A stretch of 43,791 bases of DNA, from NCBI GenBank assembly GCA_008632985.1, contig QPGO01000071.1, positions 359,516 through 403,306 of the forward strand, given 5' to 3'. The notes under the pieces are model-generated. The model was not told where the DNA came from, ran no database searches, and was given only the letters and a program-made list of their open reading frames with translations. The DNA comes from Psammoneis japonica. Its lineage: Eukaryota. Positions 23,555-33,646 of this stretch are shown piece after piece; positions within the stretch are counted from its first letter, which is position 1; every line of letters begins with the position of its first letter. The position numbers were made by a program, and so were the translations under genes.

Positions 23555-25182
23555 ATGACGAAGCCGCGTTCGAAAAAGGCGAGAAAGAGCTCCAGGGATC
23601 AAGACGTTTCTGGACGTAGTGCGGCCATGGTGGTCCAACCACAAGCACTTACAAATCATCAGAGCAGCTATGCGCTAGTTCAGGATCAGAATCGCATGGA
23701 ATACTTGCTATACCAGATGGAACAACAACAGTTGCACCTTTTTGTCCTACAGCAACAGCAAAAGGACTCCGCATTCATGTACTCGCTGTCGAGTCGTCAC
23801 CACGCTGAATTTCTGCGAGCGCTGTCTCTTCAGCAGCAATACGGAGGAGGAGGAGACTATTTGTCAGCATTAGCTCGACACCAACGTGATGAATATGATA
23901 GTTTCATAACTCAGCAGCGTCACTTTCGTCAGCACCTACATGTGTCAGGATTTGCTCAACAGCAGCAGTTTGCTCAACGTATTGGTATCGGTACGTTGGG
24001 TTATGGTGGCCAAGCGTCGCAACAGCCGCAGGTAGCTACTACGACTGCTACGACTCTACCAACCACTGGCAATGCCAGTATGGATCCCTTAGAGATTCTG
24101 GGTGAAGACATTCATCGTCATATTCTCAGTTTTCTCATGTGTCTCAGGGAAGGCCGTGCTTCGCCCGCAGTTTCGGCAGTTGACTTGTACATCCGTGCTA
24201 ACCAAATAGCCTACAAGGCCACGCACCCCAATCTACCACACTGGAAAGTCCGAGAAGGTCTTGAGAGGATTTTCAAGGTCTCTCGTCAACGCAAAAGACC
24301 AAGTGGGATAAGCTTGCAGACCAAGACCAGAAACGCTACGCCAAGGAGAAAGCTTCCTTTACGACTTCACGTCAGCTTGCCGAGATTTGTCGAGGTCTTT
24401 CGCTCGTTTCCAAACCCTGGCGTCTCGTCACGGGAGATTATATGAATTCAAATGCTCCTTCAGATATTCTTTCTCCGAGTGACCTGTTCGTTCTCAAACA
24501 CAGGGTTCGTTTGATTCAACTCTCGTCCATCTCGACGAACTTTATCAAGCTCGTCAAGGAGAAGTGGGGTGAAGAGACCTTCGAAGATGATGACCTTGAA
24601 GATGTTGGATTCCCGACTTTGGAAGGCCGGCCGTTGCTGGATCTCGTCATTCAAGAATTCGGTGGAACCTACAAGGGCTTTGCCAAATTGGTGGCCTGGG
24701 AGTATCGTCAGTTTCTCTTGGTCAAGGCGGTCGAAACCATTGCGTCTTGCAAGTACGGCAAGAATCGCCAACAGCAAGGCTCGTCGACCGTCTTGGCATG
24801 GAAGGAAAAGTGTCAACCCACGCAGTTGGTGGACTTGTTCTGGCATGCTCATATGCAAGCCCCCCAGCAGTATGCAATCGATTGTCATTGCTTGATTGGT
24901 GACATGGTTTCTTCTTCGAATGCTGGTGATTTTGCGATTGACAGCATCATCGATCATGACGCTGGATACGTCAGTAGCAACAAGTACAAGGAATCGGACT
25001 ATGCAAGCAAGCGTGATGCTGTGTTTGCATTTGAAAAGCAATTTTCGGTCCTGAACGTGTTTGGGGGCCGTCGCCACTTTGGCCTCATAGACGCAAGTGT
25101 TTTGTGTGATGAGGAATTCAATGTCCGTCATATTGCAGCTGAAATTTTGTCGAACATGCAGGAATGCAACGACTGTGGATAG
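23555..25182 (+). CDS. Gln-rich N-terminus + F-box-like motif interrupted by an HMG box + GRDP-like (DUF1399-type) C-terminal domain; apparent -1 indel at about 24277
   Basis: F-box-like DPLEILGEDIHRHILSFL ... LSLVSKPWR. Restoring one G at 24277-24278 gives the HMG box SAVDLYIRANQIAYKATHPNL...IFKGLSSTQKTKWDKLADQDQKRYAKEK, in frame with ORF 24442-25182. GRDP-like EYRQFL..K and P..LVDLFWHAHM..P..Y..DC. Confidence 0.75.
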
Positions 25183-25948
25183 AAATGGTATGGTGAGTGG
25201 CGGTGTTTTAGGCATGGGGTTGATGGTGAATTGTCACGGGATATTGGTGTTGTAGTCTTTGGGGGGATAGGGCCCACATCTAGAAAAGAAGCAAACGCAT
25301 TGGTGGTTCATTCTCGAGAAAAGAACATTGGAATATTGATTGGGATGAACGAAACTAACGTCTTGGATGCATACAGTACCTTAGAGGAAATAGTGACAGG
25401 AGGGTCTGGTAACTACCTTACAATATAGATAGTGCAGATTTATCTAGTCAGCCTCTGAGAACTAGTAGAGTCAATGAGCAACTACGGCTGGTCCTTATAA
25501 CGATCTTCTTCGGTCTGGTGCCACAATGATTGGCGTACCTATCACTTTTAGAAGAAACATCGCCTCTTGTATTTTGGCTCCACTTCTGTCTTTCACCTCG
25601 ACAGAATTCGTGATCTGTGAGTGGCATCAAAATTCGTTACTCTACTGCAGGTTTCGAGCCTGTCCAAAGTAAAGAGTCAGGAACGGATTGAAAAGAGCTT
25701 TTTTCGGGAATCTGCACGCTCCGTGGAGCCCTTCGTCCCATCGCAAGCAGTGGAAAATATAGTCCAACATTATGAAAAATTGACAGTACTACGATACTAG
25801 TGTCTAGTAGAGATGATGACCCATCTTGTCCTTGCATACCGCCTCCACCAAGTACTTAGAACGCGCACGAAATCAAACGACTATCTCGCCCTGTGGTCGC
25901 ATGGGAGCGGCAACAACCCCGATATTATTCAACGTGAGCGCGCATCTT

Positions 25949-28220
25949 TTATTTCTTTAACTCTTCCCACCACTTGTGCTTCTTCTGTTGCTTTTCTAGC
26001 TTTGCCTTTGCCAGCTTTTGTTCATATTTCGATGTACCAGTTTTAGCATGCGCTTTGACGGCTTCCTCTGGTGACATTATTGAGGTTGGTGCAATTTTGA
26101 CTGGTGTTCGCTCCGTCTCGGCAAGTCCATTGTCGAGTTCGTCCATGAGTACACTACGCATAACAACAAGCTTATCAGCCAATGACCTTGCCTGAACATT
26201 GGAAAAAAAGTGAAAAAATTCAAACATGCACAAGGAATGGTGAGTCATCGTCCATACAAGCTCACATTTACCGGCATACTTGACTGTTCCTGCATTCTTA
26301 CCTCCTCAGGGGTCAAATTACCTTTCAGCCCGAGATTTTCACCACCCTTGGCAGCCTGTAGTTCATCGTAAAGCTTCTGAAGAAGCTCAGTATTAGGACC
26401 GACCTGTGGCACTACTGGAGCTTCCACCTCAGGCTCAATAACTGCAACCGGCGGTTCATCTACAGGCTCGGGCAGCACATTGAACTCATCTGGGAAATCC
26501 ATCGATACGGCGGCGGGAGTAGCTGCATTGCCAACTTTGGCCTCATAGGCTTGTTTGTTTGCCACTTCATTTTCTGCAATCACCTTGTTACATGTATTGA
26601 CAGCCGCCATGAGAGCCGCACGCAAAGTCACCATGGCACCCTCTCGGAGCGCTTCCGGCGTTTGCTTGTAAGCTGCAATCGCACCCTCCACACAGGCAAT
26701 GGTTGCGCCCAAGGCATCCTCAAACGCAACCGACGGTGCTGCGGGTGTCGCCGCCACGGGAGGCTCATGAGCCACTACTGGCGGAGGTGTTACCACCGGC
26801 TCAGGTGTTACCGGTGCAGGTTCTGGTTCAACAGCAGCCTTAGTAACCGGCTCCGGAGCAGCAACCGGTGCTTTCGCAGCCGGCTCCATTCCTGCTTCAG
26901 CTCTCAACGTGTCTGAAACCTCCGCCAACAGGGATTGCATACGTTTTGCTTCCGCCTCCTTGAGGCGTCCAGACCCAAAGCCTGGTCCGCCACGATGTTT
27001 AAGAATGAGTCCCATGAGTGTTCGCAAATCCCGGCGCATTTCTTCATCCGTCTCACCTTGTGGTGCGGCTGCTACGGGCTTGGCGTTTCCATTTCTGGCA
27101 CCGCGGCTGCTGCTACGGGCTCTGGTGGCGTCTCCACAACAGGAGCAACGGGTTCCTTTTTCGGCATTGGCGCCACTGGCGCAGCCGCAACGGGTTCCTC
27201 TTTCGGCTTTGGCGCCGCAGGAGCTACCGCGACCGCTTTTGGAGCTTCAGCCTTGGGAGGAGGAGCAGCTTCACCAAAGCCACCCGCCTTTTTCCGTTTC
27301 ACCTCCTTTAACTTTTTGCGAAAGCTAACTCCGGTATACGTCTCGGGCTTGTCCGTCTTGTCCTTTTCCGGAACGACAACCAAGGACTCTTCCTGGGACG
27401 TGCCCTCGATAAACGATCGGCTTCGGGCTTCTTGCCTATAATATGACAGAAACAATCAATTTTGATCAGTACTTTGCAAGGAAAAATAATTCGTTGCTCG
27501 CAACCGTTTGCTTTTGTATTTCACTTACTCAGTCAAGTATGGATTTTTCCGAAGCTGTTCTTCAATTTCCTTAATGCTGGGATCTCCAAAGACTTGTTCC
27601 GCCTTATCTTGGTCACCACGCATGCGTGCTTGTGTCCGAATGCTGGAATCACGTTTGAGTTGCGCAAAGTACACATCGGACGAATTGGCAATCGAATCCG
27701 CATCGCGGTTGCGTCCAATCTTTCGACCCTGTGCATCCAAACCACCCCTCATTTGCTTGGCCGGAGGTGGAGGAACTTCGGCAGCGGCCTGTGGTTGCTG
27801 TTGTTTGGCAATAAATTCTCGAAACAAACGAGCCTGATCTTCAACCGATAAGTTCTCCAAACCACCCGGTGCCACGGCTTCTTGTGGTGGTGGTGGCGGC
27901 GGTTCCACATAGGGTTCATACTGAGGAGGAGCAGCAACAGGTGGTGTCTGTGATGTACGAGACTGTGCCTGTTGCATCATTTCCTTGAATCGAGACCCTC
28001 CCTGTCCTTCCTCGTCTCCTTCGCCGTCATCACCTTCGGAAGAAGAAGAAGAAGAAGAAGCACTGGAGCCTACAAGCGTATTCAGGAAATCGTCATTATC
28101 CCATCCGCTATTCACCCCAATTTTAATTGTTCGGCTTGGCAGAGGCGTCACAAAGCCTAAAGCCGTGTTGCTCAGAATGCCAAGAGCACATGCCACCTTA
28201 AAGGCAGTATCTAAACGCAT
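25949..28220 (-). CDS. Plastid-targeted Pro/Ala-rich hypothetical protein; exons 28220-27529, 27435-26302 (apparent -1 indel at about 27082), 26191-25949
   Basis: Signal peptide ending in TALG-FVTP (ASAFAP-like) and a transit-like segment, then GWDNDDFL. Ordered-looking blocks GRKIGRNRDAD..DVYFAQLKRDS and LMGLILKHRGGPGFGSGRL. Introns 27436-27528 (GTAAGT..TAG) and 26192-26301 (GTAAGA..CAG). Confidence 0.8.
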
Positions 28221-28741
28221 GTTCTTTTTAAAACGACTCTATGTGTGTGTCGTTAATCTCTTTGTTTCACTTTTCGAAAGAGCACCGATGATGATGATGA
28301 TGATGTCAATGGCGATGATGTTTATTGATGGCTGATGTGAGACAGCTGGATGTTCGTGTGTGTTTTCTTGTGCTCGCCGAATTTTGGATGGCGTGGGGCT
28401 GTTGGCGATCTTGGCAACGTACGATGTTTCCCATAATGACGTGTATTATAATTAAAATGCATGATTAGGATAAAAGCTGATTATTTAAAACGTCGTAATG
28501 GATTGTGCGAACACCAGATTAACGGTTTGGCCACCTTGAGCAGTTTCCCGGCAAAATCGCAGCGACGAACAGACGAGGAGGGGGAAAGAAATAAAAAAAA
28601 TCAAAAGCATCAACGATGCGAAAGTGCGATGATCGAAGATCCTGCGCTTCTCTCGCACTTCAGTTTCAGTTACCCCTTTGTAGTGCTGAGGTTTATGTTA
28701 AATTGAAAGGGACGTCTGGAACAAAGAAGTTGCAACTTTGA

Positions 28742-28770
28742 GTACTTCTAAGAAGCACACAGAGCATCAG
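28742..28770 (+). promoter_or_regulatory. Upstream element conserved between the two fucosyltransferase-like paralogs (second copy about 36560-36590)
   Basis: GTACTTCTAAGAAGCACACAGAGCATCAGA versus GTACTTCTAAGGATCACACGGAGCGTCAGA, each about 70-75 bp upstream of the ATG. Function is inferred. Confidence 0.45.
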
Positions 28771-28816
28771 ACAACAAGAAGATCAGCGTAGAAGCAAAAG
28801 CGTCGTAAAACATAAA

Positions 28817-30883
28817 ATGTATACCGGAAATCGTGCGCTAGTGTTGGTGGCGCGCTTCTCATCCTTCTGGGAGTTGTGGTGCGCTTCAATGTCGACAGCA
28901 ACGTTAACGGGGTTTCGGGTTTACTTAGCCTTCGATCTACTGCCGATGGACCCGGAAAAAAGACACGCATGCCTGTGAATTCAAACTGCGTTTACAGCGT
29001 TTCAGCGTTTGATCGGACGGCCAGGCGGCAGTCGGAACCCCGTTCCAACAGCTGTCTCGAGTCCAACGCCGACCTGTTGACACACCTCGTGTCGCAATCC
29101 GGTGCTGCCGTCAACGACCCGAACGTCACTGCCGTCATCGCGATCAGCGTCGTTGATCGTCAAAAAATTCAGATGATTGAATCACTAGCACTCGTCGCTG
29201 ACGAGTTTCTTACGCCACGTATGGACTGGCGCATCATGGCGGAGCGATTCTTAGTAGTCAAGGAGAAGGCCTCTGTCTCGGATGAAACTAGAAACACCAC
29301 GGGCAGTGATGCTACGGAGGCAAAACCTATCGCTGAACAGTCAAGACTCTTGTTGGACCCGGCTGCGTATGCGTCGGCTGAAAGCGGTACATTCGCAGAC
29401 CCTTTCGTCTCTGCGATTCACATCCTGCGTGACAAGGCAAGTGGCGGGACGTTGGACGAATCGATTCATGTCGATCTGATCCTTGTTCGAGTATTGGAGG
29501 AGAAACTGGCAGCGTTTGCCGATGCCTTGCGGCGCTTCCAGTTCCCCACAGGCACTCCCATTGATGAAGGCGAGGATAGTGAGTGTGACGCGGGTTTGGC
29601 AATAAACAAGGGGCGGACCTGGGTCAAATACGGCGGCTACAAGGACTTTCTTGGAGCGTGGACCGTAACGAGTGCCGGTTCGCTTGCCCAATCTATCGAA
29701 AGGGGCTTTCCCTTTATCCGCGTCTCACCTGTTCAGTGGGCTCGAACGTACCATTTTGATACCTGCAGCGCCGAAACGGTTGCTGCGATCGATCCTGAGC
29801 TTGGCATTGTGAATGGCCTGGACTGCGGCTTTCTCCCCATTCATGGCGGGACCTGCCTACACGACCGAGTCGATCCCTCGCTCAAGTGCATGAGCGAGTT
29901 TAGGATGGGGAGCCTTATGCATGTCATCCTTCCGAAGAATGGCATCCCTGAAGGGGTTTGTCTGTCGAGCCGCAAAGAAGCCCCACCATACAGTGCAACT
30001 AACCTTTATGGTGACCCTGCTCAGCCATTCATCGATTGGTGCCCATCGTGTCAACCATTTGGCTATATAAGCAACCGGACGATCACTCCAAAACTCTTGT
30101 CGGATCCGTCAGCACCAATGGGATTTGGCGAGATGGAAGAGGTGGACATGGCGTCCATCAACACGCACATGCCCACCTGCACTATGGAGCTCAAAAGCCT
30201 CACGTGCGGGGACGATGGCAGACCCTGCTGTTTGGAATGAAGTGAGCATTTCGCAAGATGTCCTTGGGAGCCACAACGGAACTGCTGAAAAGATACCACG
30301 GGCATTTTACCCCAGTATCTTCAACCTGTATCTTGTCCGTTTCAATCGGTCTAGTAGGAATCGCATCGCCCGCCTTTATCATCCACGCTTGTCAGCCATG
30401 ATTGCTCGCGGGGTTGGATGGGAGTCAGCCTTGGCAACCGGACGCTGCGCGACTCTGCACATTCGTCGAGGCGACAATATGGACCGGTGCAAGAGTGGAG
30501 AGAAATTCTTTTGTAGCATGAACCTAACGCTTGCGGACTACATGGAGAAGGCCGCACCAATGCTCGACCAGCTCGGTGATGCCAAGCACGTCTTTGTCAT
30601 GACGGACGATCCGGCCGTTGCCGATAAGAAGCGACAAGCACCCTTTCTGAACGATGGATATTTCATTGAGGTCATTTCTGGATATAATCAGTATAGCGAG
30701 GAGACCTACAATGACTGGGACCCGTTCATTGAGAGTCTCCACGGAGCCCAGTTTTGCCGAGCCTTTGTTGGGCACCACATTTCGACGGTTTCCGCGCTTG
30801 TCTTTAGAAGCATTTGCGTGAGATGGGGCGAGTGCCCCTTGACTGACGACTTTAGTGGCAGACGTGGCGTTGCCTGGCAGTGA
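28817..30883 (+). CDS. Fucosyltransferase-like (GT23/FUT8-NodZ-like motifs) type II membrane protein, copy 1; disrupted by a 2-nt TA insertion after ATG and an extra T at about 30231 (possible young pseudogene or assembly error)
   Basis: TM segment ALLILLGVVV. C-terminal CATLHIRRGD, HVFVMTDD and FVGHHISTVS match fucosyltransferase motifs I-III. Colinear with the paralog at 36631-38830, which has ATGTACCGG (here ATGTATACCGG) and TGCTGTTGG (here TGCTGTTTGG). Confidence 0.75.
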
Positions 30884-33646
30884 CAGAAATATGATCCCAC
30901 TCCTTCTGCACATCATGGAGATTTGCTTTGGTTTTCGTCAACAGTTTCCCTGCAATTGTTACGGTCACGGCACTGCCTCTGTGGTGTGACTTAGGGAGAG
31001 TGGAGGGCCAGTCACTCTCACAATTGCAAACTTGTGTGTTGCTAGCTAAAGAGGCCAACTCATTTAACAACGACGCAGTTTTGAATGTTGAGCATGACAC
31101 CATAGTTGCGTCGCTCACGTGCCGTCATTTATACGGACACGTGTCGATCCTCGTTTAGCTGACGGCAAACACGCGCCTTTTTCTCAGGCTGTCTGTTTAG
31201 GCCACAGTCCAATCTAAAAGGGATGATGCAGTGAGACAATGTGCCATCTGAGAGTTGACGGGGTTGCGTCAAAAGAGCAAAGCAGCATGGTGTGTCTGGG
31301 GTGAGGGGTCACCACTTGGCGGCTCCAAATGTGATGTTCGCGCCACTCCCATTGGCACCGCTGATCCACTCACCAAATTGTGGCCTGATGGTTTTCATCA
31401 TTGTCTTTGGATCAAGAATGCCACACCATCTGAATGCTGCCACTTGACTGCGGCAGCAATTGGACAAGTTGGTGGCTTCCGTGCATTGCCTGCACGCTTG
31501 GTCTTGTTTTGTTTGGGCATGAGCTTTTTTGGCTGACAAAAGCATGCCAAGTTTTGTTCAAATTCTTGCACTTGCATTTTTCGTGGGCACCTCTTCCTGA
31601 CACCACCAAGAATTTGCCATGGTTTGATCCCAAGACATCTCTCATGTCAAGATTTTCAAACACACGCAGCTCAACGAGGGTGCATGAATGACCAGCTTGT
31701 TGCACCCAAATGATGAACATTTGCAGTGCATGCAAAGTGACGAGCCAGTCCTGCCAAAGCTGAAGAAACAGCCGTTGACAAGTTTTGCTTTTTAGAGCCA
31801 ATCTTTGCAGCAACCATTTTGTTTTTGTGCTGTGAGGGGCACTCTTTTTTGGAGCCTTTGTCCCTGGCGCCAAACACAGCAGTTCTGCATTTTGATTTTT
31901 CTCTTCATTCAAGGCTGTTTGCAAAACAAGATCATGGGTGCACTGCACCCATGAGTGGCAGAGACATTCCCACTGCTCCAGCAGCTGCAACACAGGAGCT
32001 CAGTCAATTTCATGAGGTTGGTGCTTCCAACACCAAGGTTGCATTCATGCTCAAGTGCAAACTGGATTCTTGTCATGTGAGCACAGGCAGAGCAAGGCAC
32101 TTTTGCACCACCCCGCCCCCTGTCTCTGAAGAGGAGCATGTCCCTGATCTCACCACAGAGCACAATTGTGCTGTTGCCACCACTCATTCCCTCAGCATCA
32201 ATTTTTGGAGCACAGTGCATCTGATGAACAACCCCAAGCATCGGTCACAACAGCTGCATTTTCAGCTCTTTTGCAATTTTTTCCTGTGCTGTTGTTTGCA
32301 AGAAACAAGCTTTGAGTGCTCCTGCTTTGCACAGCTGCAAGCAGCCACCCACAAGGCCTCATCAGCATGGTGCTGGCAAATTCAAACAGCCGGGTCAGCT
32401 CTGCACTCTTGGTGTGTTTTTGTTGCACCAGTTGCCAGACCCCAAAGTGCGCCATTTTGTGCTGTGCCAGTGTGTCAGCACATTGTTTGCACTCAGCACA
32501 CCCATCACATCCTGCTTGTTTCTTTTTTGCAGCTTTTTGATTTGTTGCAAGGTGTGTGGTGGTGACACTCAAAAAGATGCTTGCACTCACTCTCTAAATC
32601 TGAAACCCACAAACCTTGTTTGTGGTTTGTGTTGCAATTGATGGCACACAGTGCAAGGCACAAACTTTGGCATCAACCTTGGTGCCAATCAGCAGTTTTC
32701 CCATTGGCCAGTGCATGTGTTCTTCCAAGGCCACCCAGAATCTGATGTCCTGTGGGAGAGCAGCATGTCAACAGTGTGTGGTCAGATGTGCAAAATTGCT
32801 GTTTCAGAACATGGCTCACAACAATGCCCTGTGCAACCTGCTGCAATCAAGATGTGTTTGAGCTGCTTGGCAAAGTGCTTCAAATGCTGCGATTCAAAGA
32901 CTGCCTCCTTTTAAGCACCTTGGTTTGTGTGCTGAATTTGATGGCAATCACATCTGCCAAGAGTGCAGCAGCTCAGCTGTGGTTGCATGCCACAGCTGTG
33001 TTGATCATGCACTTGCTTTGCACAGATGGAAACTCCTGCCACCAATGAATCCCTGCTCAAGATTACAAAGCTGCTTTGCTGCCCATTGACTTGGCATCTG
33101 CAAAGGACTCTGAAGTTGGTCCTGAACAGGGCTTGCCAGAACATGATGAGTTTGGCCAGGTCCTGTGGGCTCACCTGCTGCAACTCACTTGGTGAGATGT
33201 TGAGTGCTTGCTGTGTCATCATCTGCTGTTGCCTTGACATTGGCAATGCTGTCATGACCTTGTCTGGGTTTGTCTCTGCTCCTGCCCCAGTCCATTGCTC
33301 CACTTCAACTGAAAGGTGTTGCCCCAAGTGTCTTTCTTGTCTCAAGCATTGGAGTCAGCCAGCTGCTAGAAGCCAGCTTGCAATCTGAACTTGCCCTCAC
33401 ATCTGTTTCTTGGACACATTGTTGCTGATCTAATGTGCCTGCTCTTCCCATGTTGCCATTTGCTTGCGTGAACTGCTCACTCTCTTGGATGCAGCTCTGG
33501 GCCAGTCTTGGCAGAGATGGCTCACTCACAGCTGATGTGCAACACCCCATGCTCAACGGAATGCGCATGGTGAGTTTTGTGCACACACTCAAAATGTTGC
33601 TCATTTGTTTCATGCATCTTTGGGCACTTTTCATGCAAGGGAGATA
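29910..33646 (+). repeat. Segmental duplication, copy A (3' half of FucT-like copy 1 plus about 2.8 kb downstream); copy B is 39612-43791
   Basis: Continuous colinear similarity, for example GCCTGGCAGTGACAGAAAT, GATCCACTCACCAAATTGTGGCCTGATG and AAAATGTTGCTCATTTGTTTCATGCAT in both copies. The match runs to the window end. Confidence 0.92.

Noticed and set aside
24270..24290. Programmed ribosomal frameshifting at the frameshift sites
   Set aside because: No canonical slippery heptamers, the directions are mixed, and the FucT-like paralogs lack each other's indels.
31819..32565. Long ORFs in the depleted domains (e.g. 31819-32565, 10634-11356, 6077-6601, 35405-35968) as real Cys/His-rich proteins
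   Set aside because: They arise because TAA/TAG and Tyr codons were erased. They overlap in all six frames and show no recognisable motifs.
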